Source: a virus. Taken from it: 64,000 nt of DNA. The DNA lies in the IMG/VR virus record IMGVR_UViG_3300009103_001934, positions 32,001 to 96,000 of that record; one strand, 5' to 3'. Both the position numbers and the translations under genes were made by a program. The notes under the pieces are model-generated. The model was not told the origin of the DNA and did no database searches. It saw only the letters and a list, made by a program, of their open reading frames with translations. How positions within the stretch are numbered: the first letter of the stretch is position 1; the number at the start of each line of letters is the position of its first letter. Below are positions 11,501 through 19,614 of the stretch, in pieces.

Positions 11501-14398
11501 AATACGATTATTCAGGAGTTCGGAAATATAGCGAATGAATATTACAACATAAAAGCTGGAGAATGGCATCATGTTGAAAAGAATTTTGGAAAATTACAGG
11601 ATTTGTGTTATGAATTTTATACAAAATTAAATAACTCCGAGCCAGATCCGTGGGGGGGCGGATCTCGTTCTGACGTTTCATCATTTTTTGCCGACGCACC
11701 GGCAGGAGCCACTTCATTTGTGGACATAGCAGACCAGAATATGAGTGTACTAAAAAGGCTAACTGGCACTGCCAAGTTCACTATGGATGCTGATGCGAAG
11801 GCACTGTTAGAAGCGTGCAGGCGAATATTTTTAATGTGGCTAGGTAAAGAATGGAGAGCTTACAGGCAAGAACAAATTACTAATTCCCGAACAGGGGTTT
11901 ATAAGGAGACAGATTATAATAAAAAAACTTTACTTGGCGGCGGCTATATGGGCCAAAAGGTGGGAGAGAGCTTAACTCAAAACGGAGGAGGTAATAAGTG
12001 GTACTGGCACAGGTTTGACATTTCAGAACCGATGAATGGGAGCGTTAAGCCTGTCCATAATGCATTAGTGGGCACACAGCAAGGGGCCACTTATACTGAT
12101 TTTTCTAGTTATCATTTATTTATAAATGAAAACGGAATGAAGAACAACATTTATAAAGGAGTAACTCGAACGCCGCTACTAGGAGAGTATTATGCGGGCT
12201 ATTGGGGTCATATTAATACTAAGCATTATTGGGTAGAAAACCATATAGCCGACGAAGATGATGAGGGTCGCGATAATGTCAACAAGTGGATATGGAATAA
12301 GTTTTATAACCCAGATGGGGGAGCCTCTAAAGAATATTATACTGGCGATATATTATACTGGTGGAATCCCGTTGATGCTAGCGCTTTAGATTTAGCCACC
12401 CATGACTATACCGTAGATGTAGCAACGGGTGGAAATAGCGCCCAGAATTGGCCGGTCGAACCACCTAATATTGGTGCCGCCGTGACGACATGCAGAAACT
12501 GCCCTAAATCTCCCCCCGCTGACGACCCCAATTGGGGCGAGGTGACCAAGGGTAGCTCGCTACCTTTAAAATCTGTACCTGAAATGGGCTGGCGCTTCTC
12601 GGTGGGGCACAATTGGGGTCATTATTGTCAAGGGTATGATACAGTACTGGGAAGATACCGCGTGAGCCCGTTTGGGTGGAAAATCTGCGGTATGTTCGGT
12701 AGCGGTAGAGGCTTGGATCAGTTTAAAGAAACCATGAAGAGGGCATTTAGGAGACACTTCCAGATATATTTCGGGCGTAGAGCTACCCCAGTAACCTCAG
12801 GGCAGGATTATGGAGAGGGAGATCCTTCAAGTATGAAAGTCAGCCCCGCAGCACCATTTAGATTTTCTTTAGCGTTCGCTCTTGAGGGGAACATATCTAG
12901 CCTTGATCAATATTATACACATAAACGTCAAGATCTTAATAACCCAACGGACGACAGTATGATGACAAGTATACTTTTCGCAAACATGTTTAAGCCGCGA
13001 ACAGATGCCCAGTACGAAGATACTCAAAGCGATGTTAGAAAAAGATTCAGAAGATTGAACGCTTATGCGGAAGAACTACTTGGGACCCATAATGGAGGAG
13101 TGAATGAGTGTAAAAATATTTGTAGCTCTCCTCCGGACAAGATGATCCGAGGAATGCAATTAGTTGCTCAATTGTTCGGCGATATAGAGTACGGTGTGGA
13201 CGCCGGTAAGATTAATGATCCGGGCAGTCATCCGGCGGTAGCAGGTGAACCTCACGCCGGTAAACACGGACCTAATGCAGACGGAATAACATTTGGTTTT
13301 CCCTTGGGAGAGGCAGCGCCGATAGTATCCAAAAGAGTAGGCTCCGCGGGCAGCCCGACTGCCACTGATGCCTCAAATGCTTGGTGTAGTGGCGTCGGGT
13401 CCCCCTGCGGGGCTTCCATCAAGTCTACAACAGGAGCAAGGACGCTTTATGGCACATCTATAATGGGCAGCAACTCGCAGCCCGACGGCTGGTACATTAT
13501 AAAGGCCACGATGTCTAATTCTAGCGGGGCGGGCGAATATGACCAGCGCAGGCTTGTAGAAACAAGCCCCGGCGACGGTGATTGGCATCGTGATCCAGCA
13601 CAGACGCCTAATTATATTAGGAGGATCGCGTGCGGCTGCGGCCCGACAAGATTGGAGATGGATAATTGGATATTCATGCGCGCAGGCGGTAGAGAATTCG
13701 AAAAATTTACCCTCAAAGAGATTATGGGTGTATGGAATACATACGAGCAATTTTATGCTCCCTGTCCGTTAAAGATGGTTGAAAATACGCTGGGCGGGAG
13801 ACCTTCGCCGGGCCTCCCAAACGTAGGCAACGATCCCAACTCGGGACGGGCGGCTTGGACACTTGGTGTAAGGTCTTTCTATAATGCGTATGGTAATAAG
13901 GATTGGTATTCCAACAAATACATAAGCGCCTGCCACCCCGGCAATTATAAGCGTAGTCTAAGTAGAAGCAGCGATAGCGCCTCGTCGAGGTATACCATAT
14001 CAGCTTATAGACACATGAACGGGGTACGTGGCGGCAAAGGACAAGGTATTGTTAACAAAGGTTACCCAACATGGGAGGACGGTCGCGGATCGTCAGGCGG
14101 CAGCAGGGACCATCATGTTCCCAAGACACGGCACGGGACCCTCGATGACATGCCGGGTGCAATCCACTTCACAGATCATAGAACATGCTATATACATTTT
14201 AAAGCAGCGTCTAGGCCTCTTTTTACTGCCACGGGCGCCGCCAACTGGTCGTGGGGGCAATCCGGCATAACGACGCACGGCTATGCAACGAATTTTTACT
14301 GGGGTGCTGTGCAGGCCCGGACGCAGTTGTATGGAGGCAGTACCGCCCGAGCGAGTTTCTATATTACCCAGCCACACATGTGTAAATGCCCCGGATAA
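5552..14398 (+). CDS. 2948-aa giant orphan protein (Gly/Cys/Trp-rich; amphipathic beta-strand segment); possible virion/tail or membrane-penetrating protein
   Basis: 8.8-kb uninterrupted ORF with no recognisable enzymatic motif. Confidence 0.85.
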   Translation: MGDNSSASGGSTAPSTTLGTENTWNVSLERIQGAGTAFFCTIEIIQWDPDRNTYDGFDSTKLWAESHSSKAICINDSPNVNIPIKQADGSPHITPFDTTDLSKPLVLKMEGCSVTSSDPTLEIALVRLKVKSWSSEAEAKAGAVGGTLPDGSTPVAIDDDAQVFELTTLPDSVYYLKFKPCAGADDMSAPWTSQPVGSTHRWGGGGPGGGITKPDSSFYESPCKASYNTKNLEYLKIVDDEWGGAGKPVVGDVFKSDLSCIIQVGSRGSDGTVTPGTVGPTACGATPSNHVSFKECYEITEYMDEDKWKLESANASPPGGDFSKRIYNHGTASNDATTINPKTGGGGALYRGGRFQCASTAAGGTGSVWACIGNETMDEYHLSEALAKSLISMGWGEGLSNFRATAFETTIDHVQKGLAGAPSATKVAWTRMVGAGHTRVHRASLPGSSSNYNWNGEVTFQPSTSSGYGKPLVDSVSLWYAFTTSASQSYDFFDRYRQQIEIEVNKARKMKGSEATLDYEVVRAWDPEYKKIFIEQTMQNSASLAVGGKINENFEFGISMNVSQTTREGVDGYENPTTETSTNVSCRAYVTWRDLLTYASGDGDPDAEGRWTDAVTVAIDLGQAGGTVKKKMSYFKTDPATGNPIHATTTERAHRLDSNGNPVNGNAHGPGSPADIFAQEEVAGDWKDSLFEIQSISINYDLKSNNGWAISVSSSYNPATGATNINPSVSYTSEIPGWENVVYSLDWNPDKSSPGLSLAYRSDDIFQKLTDRGLGTETFFGRPMKLFLNAGISVEEVGGLGAGKTLKPSWSFNGTWGRPAGQSILEGFNYDINIQEGRLAISNAVNLYTHTTETDQVQVSWGFDADLGDPTAPFWGGVGLDNSGVHFGLDVKFEKNIAEFGDVWGKLILRSNFTAGLRAGTRVGTGGGISGGMAQFGLFGRVGIEWDNGILGWLKFPLNVIPGIGAAFGWNFVLRAESTYGGTVTGAQAVMALGPIMWNLKPVDKLREHLRRQRDPWVEDIPLIGGILSTLPVVGVLGPLENEIQYLARAGSYRAFASLGAAAKSCRDKQKTAFRTMWQAIVSYQRGLGVNSVKPCLAQDYTDDGGTVHPGVDAFWEIDSSGVTHLVIKIPAGFYQHANQRKSSYWYHYDSIYHRNPATERARKTAAQRAVATDGDGADLAGHPVPASDVEIRAGDSAKIRKYLSGERWRLIACEDDNTGYPACRLKKNFFEVRNSVNPQYHARFNIDKKKWLDRHKPCNCLRSEFDKWTQHEHHRLHDLVQFPELDGSDGYVQAVLTVIDDFVYNRTIGHCHELADDAWEDTRGNTKSWEELFKTQAGNPNEPVDPPGGLTGTVDTSDTSNPETTGTLLEWQEMDKALKAMDNGDKFMWNGTEYEIKEGKLGKMDYGDESYRVALAGAIASLWATSWESNAWAHAGKDQVEVEGSTDRQGKWDPPNGGDTLGDSTNETAQFVANRDGPSAGAANPSNCGCVPPDSVGFFEGIARGVWRIIWVPGWFLGDDEAPMDPWRPAINPNSACVRFCIESMLKNDKPYRYNLIGTVWGWLASTIKFGTKNCCERGSGTGGGGPGIDSNLCQGLYESWEHWKAKYELDLDRWTGIAECPMKDSTSACVSCMPSFSTGISSIRNIAIFGGAGDRGDDLCCNSRAYFRVWRYLLSQAGRARTKARTAKRELDIIPLTIYWRSATCQKSGLLGRNPDGRALTAQGNYYQPHHPLTNDGVNHVTQKKWHKADDGVTFLDDGSINPEVEVDCISCSQERDDEGKLKYPPNMGTLHTPSAGVSIGPAVSSNPPTNTLFSPNAHDDWLKYQLSSSIAPSNSDERKVAAPSNYYLHDTGMGLSQTTVYNPPTYDEWGPKILRLYAYLSHRADGINFTLNSPEYHIGNDLCGSASLTVDEATDPAIDNWHASAAAYGDYSFYKFGSWTAPSSTSDYNDKFSPHWFWPMSEVIVGKGHFRCLSHAAAAWNTIIQEFGNIANEYYNIKAGEWHHVEKNFGKLQDLCYEFYTKLNNSEPDPWGGGSRSDVSSFFADAPAGATSFVDIADQNMSVLKRLTGTAKFTMDADAKALLEACRRIFLMWLGKEWRAYRQEQITNSRTGVYKETDYNKKTLLGGGYMGQKVGESLTQNGGGNKWYWHRFDISEPMNGSVKPVHNALVGTQQGATYTDFSSYHLFINENGMKNNIYKGVTRTPLLGEYYAGYWGHINTKHYWVENHIADEDDEGRDNVNKWIWNKFYNPDGGASKEYYTGDILYWWNPVDASALDLATHDYTVDVATGGNSAQNWPVEPPNIGAAVTTCRNCPKSPPADDPNWGEVTKGSSLPLKSVPEMGWRFSVGHNWGHYCQGYDTVLGRYRVSPFGWKICGMFGSGRGLDQFKETMKRAFRRHFQIYFGRRATPVTSGQDYGEGDPSSMKVSPAAPFRFSLAFALEGNISSLDQYYTHKRQDLNNPTDDSMMTSILFANMFKPRTDAQYEDTQSDVRKRFRRLNAYAEELLGTHNGGVNECKNICSSPPDKMIRGMQLVAQLFGDIEYGVDAGKINDPGSHPAVAGEPHAGKHGPNADGITFGFPLGEAAPIVSKRVGSAGSPTATDASNAWCSGVGSPCGASIKSTTGARTLYGTSIMGSNSQPDGWYIIKATMSNSSGAGEYDQRRLVETSPGDGDWHRDPAQTPNYIRRIACGCGPTRLEMDNWIFMRAGGREFEKFTLKEIMGVWNTYEQFYAPCPLKMVENTLGGRPSPGLPNVGNDPNSGRAAWTLGVRSFYNAYGNKDWYSNKYISACHPGNYKRSLSRSSDSASSRYTISAYRHMNGVRGGKGQGIVNKGYPTWEDGRGSSGGSRDHHVPKTRHGTLDDMPGAIHFTDHRTCYIHFKAASRPLFTATGAANWSWGQSGITTHGYATNFYWGAVQARTQLYGGSTARASFYITQPHMCKCPG

Positions 14399-14401
14399 AG
14401 C

Positions 14402-14430
14402 TTGATTTGATTGTGGAATAATGCTATGCT
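14402..14430 (+). promoter_or_regulatory. sigma70-type promoter for dnaB
   Basis: TTGATT 14402-14407, 17-nt spacer, TATGCT 14425-14430; ATG at 14438. Confidence 0.55.
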
Positions 14431-14437
14431 TAATAGC

Positions 14438-15946
14438 ATGTCGAAACAGATTTTTTCTCATCAAGTTGAAAAGCACACGTTAAGCGGGCTATTACAGTAT
14501 CCACAAATTTTTCCAGACATAGATCCCTTTATTACAGAAAAGGATTTTTATCAAGATGTTCATTCTACTATTTATTCAGTAGTTAAACAGTCTCTCTTAA
14601 ATCAAGAAAAGATAGATAAAGTTCTTATAGCTAATAAAATTAAAAACCTTGGAATAAGTTTTAAGGATGAAATTAATATTTTTGATTATGTAGAGGATTT
14701 GTTTTTTACACAAATAACAGAGGATACCACCCTTGATTCAGCAAGAGAATTATCCAAGCTCAGGATGTGTCGTGAGATTCACGGGACATTTAATGAAGGG
14801 AGAAAATATATTGAAGATAATCTTAATGATAATGTTGATGAAATTATAGCAAATTGTGATAAGATTTACGGCGACAAACTCGAAAACTTTTCGTTCGGCA
14901 AAGAGCCCGTGGATATCTTCGAAACGCTCGAAGACGTAGTAGAAGAACGAGGTAATGATCCGTCTGAAGAAAACGGGTTTGTAACGCCTTATACAGAATT
15001 TAATCGACTTTTCGGTGGCCTTTTACCCGGAAATATATACTCTATTATTTCTCGCCCCGGAGAGGGTAAGACGACTTGGATTAATGATATGTGTATAAAG
15101 AGCGCACAAATTAATGAGTGCACGGCTCTAGTTCTAGACACCGAAATGAGCACGGAGGAAATACAATTTCGCACGGCATCCTCACTTTCCGGAGTGCCCC
15201 TGTGGTATATTCAGACAGGAAAATGGAGAGAAAACCCTGAGTATGTGGAGAAAGTTCGTGCGGCTTGGAAGAAAATGAAAGGGAGATCTTACTACCATTA
15301 TTCAGTGGGTAACATGACCATAGATGAAGTATGCTCTGTTATCCGCCGCTTTTATTATTCTAAGGTGGGGAGGGGCAATCCTTTAATTATTGCTTATGAT
15401 TATATAAAAATGACCGGCGAAAAAGTAGGAGCGAATTGGGCGGAGTACCAAGCTATCGGAGAAAAAATAGATAAGCTTAAAAAAATAGCAGAAGAAACGG
15501 GAGCCCCGATTATTACAGCTATGCAGCAAAACAGGAGCGGGGAGCATATAAATAAAAAGGCTTCAAATATTGTAGACGATTCTTCTACTGCCGCTCAGTC
15601 CGACAGGCTTCAGTGGTTTGCTAGTTTTGTCGGAATTTTTAGGCGTAAGGTACAAGATGAGATTGCGATGGACACCGAAGAGTTCGGAACGCACAAACTA
15701 GTCCCACTTAAAACTAGATTCCAAGGTAAAGACGCGGCAGGGCATCAAGACATCATGAGAAGGACGATGGTAGATAACCTTGGCGGTAGAGAAGTACGCT
15801 CTCAGAAATGGGTTCCAAATTATATTAATTTTGATGTAAAAAACTTTGGAGTTGAAGAAAAGGGCTCGTTACGTCATATAATCGAGCGCGAGAATGAAAT
15901 ATACCAAGTAGATGACTTTAATAATAATGACGGAGAGTTATTATGA
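14438..15946 (+). CDS. dnaB: Replicative DNA helicase DnaB family
   Basis: Walker A SRPGEGKTT, LDTEMSTEE, Walker B IAYDYIK, AMQQNR, DnaB N-terminal domain. Start placed at ATG 14438 from promoter spacing (ORF track starts at 14411). Confidence 0.93.
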   Translation: MSKQIFSHQVEKHTLSGLLQYPQIFPDIDPFITEKDFYQDVHSTIYSVVKQSLLNQEKIDKVLIANKIKNLGISFKDEINIFDYVEDLFFTQITEDTTLDSARELSKLRMCREIHGTFNEGRKYIEDNLNDNVDEIIANCDKIYGDKLENFSFGKEPVDIFETLEDVVEERGNDPSEENGFVTPYTEFNRLFGGLLPGNIYSIISRPGEGKTTWINDMCIKSAQINECTALVLDTEMSTEEIQFRTASSLSGVPLWYIQTGKWRENPEYVEKVRAAWKKMKGRSYYHYSVGNMTIDEVCSVIRRFYYSKVGRGNPLIIAYDYIKMTGEKVGANWAEYQAIGEKIDKLKKIAEETGAPIITAMQQNRSGEHINKKASNIVDDSSTAAQSDRLQWFASFVGIFRRKVQDEIAMDTEEFGTHKLVPLKTRFQGKDAAGHQDIMRRTMVDNLGGREVRSQKWVPNYINFDVKNFGVEEKGSLRHIIERENEIYQVDDFNNNDGELL

Positions 15947-16848
15947 ACAGCGAATACATAAGGCAGGTTCTGGGTGACTTAGGTTACACCCTGAGAGATT
16001 ACGGCGGCTACTTCAGAACGCGCCCTCTTTATCGTGACTCAGATAATGACGTAATCCTTTCGATCAACAAGGACACAGGAAGATGGAAAGACTTTAAGGA
16101 AGGAATATCTGGCGGTCTAGAAGATTTAGTTAAATTAACATTAGATTGTAACATAGAAGACGCCAGAAAGTTCCTGCAATCAAAAGGATCGGATAGACCA
16201 GTAGCAATAATAAAGCCAGAAGTAAAGCAAAGAAAAACATTAAATGATGAGTTCCTAAATAATTTAATTAAAAATAATAAATATTGGAATGACCGAGGAG
16301 TTTCTGACGAGACTTTGGATGAGTTCGGCGGGGGCGTATGTGAGTCCGGAAAAATGTTAGATAGATATGTTTTCCCTATTTACAGCGAAAGAGGTAAGCT
16401 TATTGGTGTATCAGGCAGAGATATTAATAATGACGAATGGACAAAGCGCCCCAAATGGAAACATATTGGCGACAAATCTTCTTGGACATACCCCACTCAA
16501 GTTAACGAAAGCATTTTAAAAGAATTAAAGCAAGCGATATTACTTGAGAGTATTGGTGATATGCTTGCGCTTTGGGAGAGCGGGATTAGAAACACTTTAG
16601 TTACTTTTGGTTTAGACATTAACATAGCAGTCTTAAATAAGCTCTTGCGTTTGGACCCAAATGATGTTATCATATCATTTAATAATGATAGTGAAAGCAA
16701 TCACGCCGGTAACTTGGCCGCACCAAAAGCGAAAAAGAAACTCCTCAAGTACTTTGACGAAAACCAAATCAAAATTGCGCTCCCGTCGCAAAACGACTTC
16801 GGAGAAATGACCCCAGCGCAAATTTCAGAATGGTACACTAGCCTTTAA
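15943..16848 (+). CDS. dnaG: DnaG-like primase (Toprim) with degenerate N-terminal Zn-binding domain
   Basis: RYVFPIY..GKLIGVSGR, Toprim LLESIGDM and FNND motifs; adjacent to dnaB. Confidence 0.8.
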   Translation: MNSEYIRQVLGDLGYTLRDYGGYFRTRPLYRDSDNDVILSINKDTGRWKDFKEGISGGLEDLVKLTLDCNIEDARKFLQSKGSDRPVAIIKPEVKQRKTLNDEFLNNLIKNNKYWNDRGVSDETLDEFGGGVCESGKMLDRYVFPIYSERGKLIGVSGRDINNDEWTKRPKWKHIGDKSSWTYPTQVNESILKELKQAILLESIGDMLALWESGIRNTLVTFGLDINIAVLNKLLRLDPNDVIISFNNDSESNHAGNLAAPKAKKKLLKYFDENQIKIALPSQNDFGEMTPAQISEWYTSL

Positions 16849-16849
16849 T

Positions 16850-17833
16850 ATGCCGCGTAAAAAGAAAAAGAAAATATTCCTGTCTGCATCTAGAATGAAG
16901 ACTATGGAAACTTGTAGCTGGATGTATTGGTGTAAGTACCACTTGAACTTACCAGACAAAACAAATGATGGAGCCCTACGGGGAACGATCTGCCATCTAA
17001 TTTTAGAGTTACTCCTTAAGCCCCGACACAAAAAGCATTATGACGCGATAATGAATAAAAAATCTATCAAAGCCAGCGTCCCCGTAGATAAAACGGTTAT
17101 TAAATTTCTCAAAGCTAATGACGCATGGAGTAAAGAAAATTATGATCTTTGCAATAAAATGATATACGTGGCGCTTGACCATGACTTTTTTGGTGGAGAC
17201 GGTGGGTTCATAGAAACCCCAGAGCAGGACTTTAAAATCGAAAATAAGAAGCCTAAATATAATATCTATGGATTTATTGATAAGCCAGTTCAATATAAAG
17301 ATAAAAAGCTTCTTAAGATTGTTGATTATAAAACAAGTAAAGCTAAATTCAAAGGGGACGAATTAGAAACTAACATACAGGCCATGATGTACTCATTAGC
17401 CTCCAAGAAGCTGTGGCCTAAACTAAAGCGGCGTATTGTACAATTTCTTTTTCTAAAGTTCCCTCGGTCACCAGCGCAGGAGTTGGAGTACACGGATGAG
17501 CAGCTTAAAGGGTTTGAGTATTATCTAGAAAGGGTTAATAAGATAGTAGAGGAGTATGACGAGAGCGCAGCTAAGGCTGATTATGCTGTGGATAATGGTC
17601 ACCACTGGTTATGCGGCCCCGCAAAGAGCGGTTGGATTTGTCCCTTTCATAAGCCGTTTAATTACTACGTTCTTTTAGATAAAAGCGGAAACCAATTAAA
17701 AAGCTCTTACGAAAATGACTTTCAACCGAAAGACGGACAGACGATTGAAGAACGTCATTACGATGGCTGTCCAGCAAAAAATTGTAATGCAAAAAAATCT
17801 TTACAAGATGACGATCCTTTTCTTGACTTTTAG
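16850..17833 (+). CDS. PD-(D/E)XK nuclease, RecB/AddB/Cas4-like family
   Basis: LSASRMK, GTICHLILE, YGFIDK...IVDYKTSK, QAMMYSL motifs. Confidence 0.88.
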   Translation: MPRKKKKKIFLSASRMKTMETCSWMYWCKYHLNLPDKTNDGALRGTICHLILELLLKPRHKKHYDAIMNKKSIKASVPVDKTVIKFLKANDAWSKENYDLCNKMIYVALDHDFFGGDGGFIETPEQDFKIENKKPKYNIYGFIDKPVQYKDKKLLKIVDYKTSKAKFKGDELETNIQAMMYSLASKKLWPKLKRRIVQFLFLKFPRSPAQELEYTDEQLKGFEYYLERVNKIVEEYDESAAKADYAVDNGHHWLCGPAKSGWICPFHKPFNYYVLLDKSGNQLKSSYENDFQPKDGQTIEERHYDGCPAKNCNAKKSLQDDDPFLDF

Positions 17834-17857
17834 CCAGAAATCTCATACACTAGAATC

Positions 17858-18619
17858 ATGAGCGAGGTAGTGCCTTTATTCAAATCTCACTATAGCCTAG
17901 GGCGTAGTATACTAACCTTGGATAAGACAGAGTCTAGGTTAGAAGATGGGCCGGATTCTATCATAGACATTTGCGCTAAGAACGGTCTGAAAAGGGTTAC
18001 GTTATTGGACGACAATATGAGTGGGTTTCTAGAGGCGTACCTAAACTCAAAAGAGGCGGGTTTAAAATTGGCGTTTGGTTTAAGATTAAGGATTTTGGAC
18101 GATTGCGAGAACAAGAGTGAAGAATCGCTCTCTAAAACGTGCAAGTATGTAATATTTGCTAAGAATAAGGCTGGTTATAAAAGGCTTATTAAAATTTACA
18201 GCCACGCAGCAAAGGTAGGGTTTTATTATTTTCCGCGCATCGATTTCAAATCTCTTAAAACGTACTGGTCTAATGAGGATCTGAAATTATGTGTGCCATT
18301 TTATGATTCATTTGTATTTAGAAACTGTCTGGAGTATTCCAGTTGCGTACCCGAATTAGATTACGTGCAGCCCACGTTTTTTCTTGAGGATAATAATCTG
18401 CCCTTTGATAATCTAGTCGCAGAGAGGGTTAAGAAGTTTTGTGGTGATAAATATCCCACACAGAAAGTCAAAAGTATTTTTTATAAGGATCAGAAAGATT
18501 TTAAGGCGTACCTAACCTTTAGGTGCATTAATAACAGAACTACGCTGGACAAGCCTAACTTTGACCATATGTGTAGTGATCAATTCAGTTTTGAAAGTTG
18601 GAAAAATGGTACCGTTTAA
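17858..18619 (+). CDS. Stand-alone PHP domain of DNA polymerase III alpha
   Basis: KSHYSLGRSI, VTLLDD, LKLAFGL, VIFAKNKAGYKRLIKIYS match the DnaE N-terminal PHP; metal-ligand His/Glu appear substituted. Confidence 0.85.
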   Translation: MSEVVPLFKSHYSLGRSILTLDKTESRLEDGPDSIIDICAKNGLKRVTLLDDNMSGFLEAYLNSKEAGLKLAFGLRLRILDDCENKSEESLSKTCKYVIFAKNKAGYKRLIKIYSHAAKVGFYYFPRIDFKSLKTYWSNEDLKLCVPFYDSFVFRNCLEYSSCVPELDYVQPTFFLEDNNLPFDNLVAERVKKFCGDKYPTQKVKSIFYKDQKDFKAYLTFRCINNRTTLDKPNFDHMCSDQFSFESWKNGTV

Positions 18620-18971
18620 CCCCAAAAAAGTAGAGAAAGATTGGGGGCACGAAATATGGCTCGCAAATAATAATAAGGAAGATTATTGTGGTAAGATTCT
18701 TTTTATCAAACAGGGGTACCATAGTTCCATGCATTATCATGTTGATAAGCATGAGACATTTTATGTCCTAGAGGGGGTTTTACGTGTGGACATGTTACAT
18801 GATATAGCAAAACCAGATCACCATCCGTTTACTATGACCTGTAAGCAGGGAGAAAGCATGGAGATGGAAAGAGGCCAAGCTCACATGTTGAGAGCAGACG
18901 AGGGAGATGTTACTTTAATTGAGATTAGTAAATTTCACAGAGACGAAGACAGCCACAGGCTTTATAGATAA
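18606..18971 (+). CDS. Cupin-domain protein (sugar isomerase-like)
   Basis: VEKDWGHEIW, SMHYHVDKHETFYVLEG, GQAHML cupin motifs; ATG 18606. Confidence 0.8.
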   Translation: MVPFNPKKVEKDWGHEIWLANNNKEDYCGKILFIKQGYHSSMHYHVDKHETFYVLEGVLRVDMLHDIAKPDHHPFTMTCKQGESMEMERGQAHMLRADEGDVTLIEISKFHRDEDSHRLYR

Positions 18972-18972
18972 T

Positions 18973-19614
18973 ATGGATGATCATTTAATTAGATTTAATA
19001 AGGATAAGACACTAGTTTTTATTGACTGCGAGACAGAGAACTTATGTCTACATGGCAGTCATAACCTAGCGTGGCAGATCGCCATGATCAAAACGGTAAA
19101 CGGCAAGAAGATAGACGAGAAGAACTTTATCGTTAAGTATGACAGAGAGCTTCACGTTAGCGAAGCCGCTGCGAGAATCACGCGCTTTAGTCCGACGAGT
19201 CACGCCAAGAAGGCTCTAGAGTTTGAACAGATCTTTCCCACAGTACAAGATTGGCTAGATAATGCGGACTATGTGTTGGGACATAATATTTTAGGCTTTG
19301 ATATTTATTTAATTAAGTTTATGTACGAGAGCCAAGGGTTAAGCTATCAGCACTTAATGGAGAAAACCTTGGACACGATGTGCCTTGTTCGAGGAATCAA
19401 AATGAACGTAGAGCACAAGCCCGAATCAGAAAGCGTTTTAGAATATCAGTACAAACTTTTGCACACCAGAAAGAAAGGCTTGAAGACTAATCTACAGGCC
19501 GTAAGCAAAGAGTACGGCATAGAACATGATTATGAAAAGCTCCACGATGCGATAGTAGACTTAGAATTAAACCTAAAACTGTGGAATAAAATGATTTATC
19601 AATTAAGTATATGA
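18973..19614 (+). CDS. dnaQ: DEDDh 3'-5' exonuclease (Pol III epsilon-like)
   Basis: FIDCETE (ExoI), GHNILGFD (ExoII), LHDAIVD (ExoIII); ATG 18973. Confidence 0.88.
   Translation: MDDHLIRFNKDKTLVFIDCETENLCLHGSHNLAWQIAMIKTVNGKKIDEKNFIVKYDRELHVSEAAARITRFSPTSHAKKALEFEQIFPTVQDWLDNADYVLGHNILGFDIYLIKFMYESQGLSYQHLMEKTLDTMCLVRGIKMNVEHKPESESVLEYQYKLLHTRKKGLKTNLQAVSKEYGIEHDYEKLHDAIVDLELNLKLWNKMIYQLSI

Noticed and set aside
5404-14476. Numerous 60-127-aa alternative-frame and antisense ORFs within the giant gene
   Set aside because: Expected by chance in GC-richer coding DNA; no motifs or independent start signals.
16850-17833. Cas4 of a CRISPR system
   Set aside because: No array or cas1/cas2; the replication-module context fits a phage recombination nuclease.
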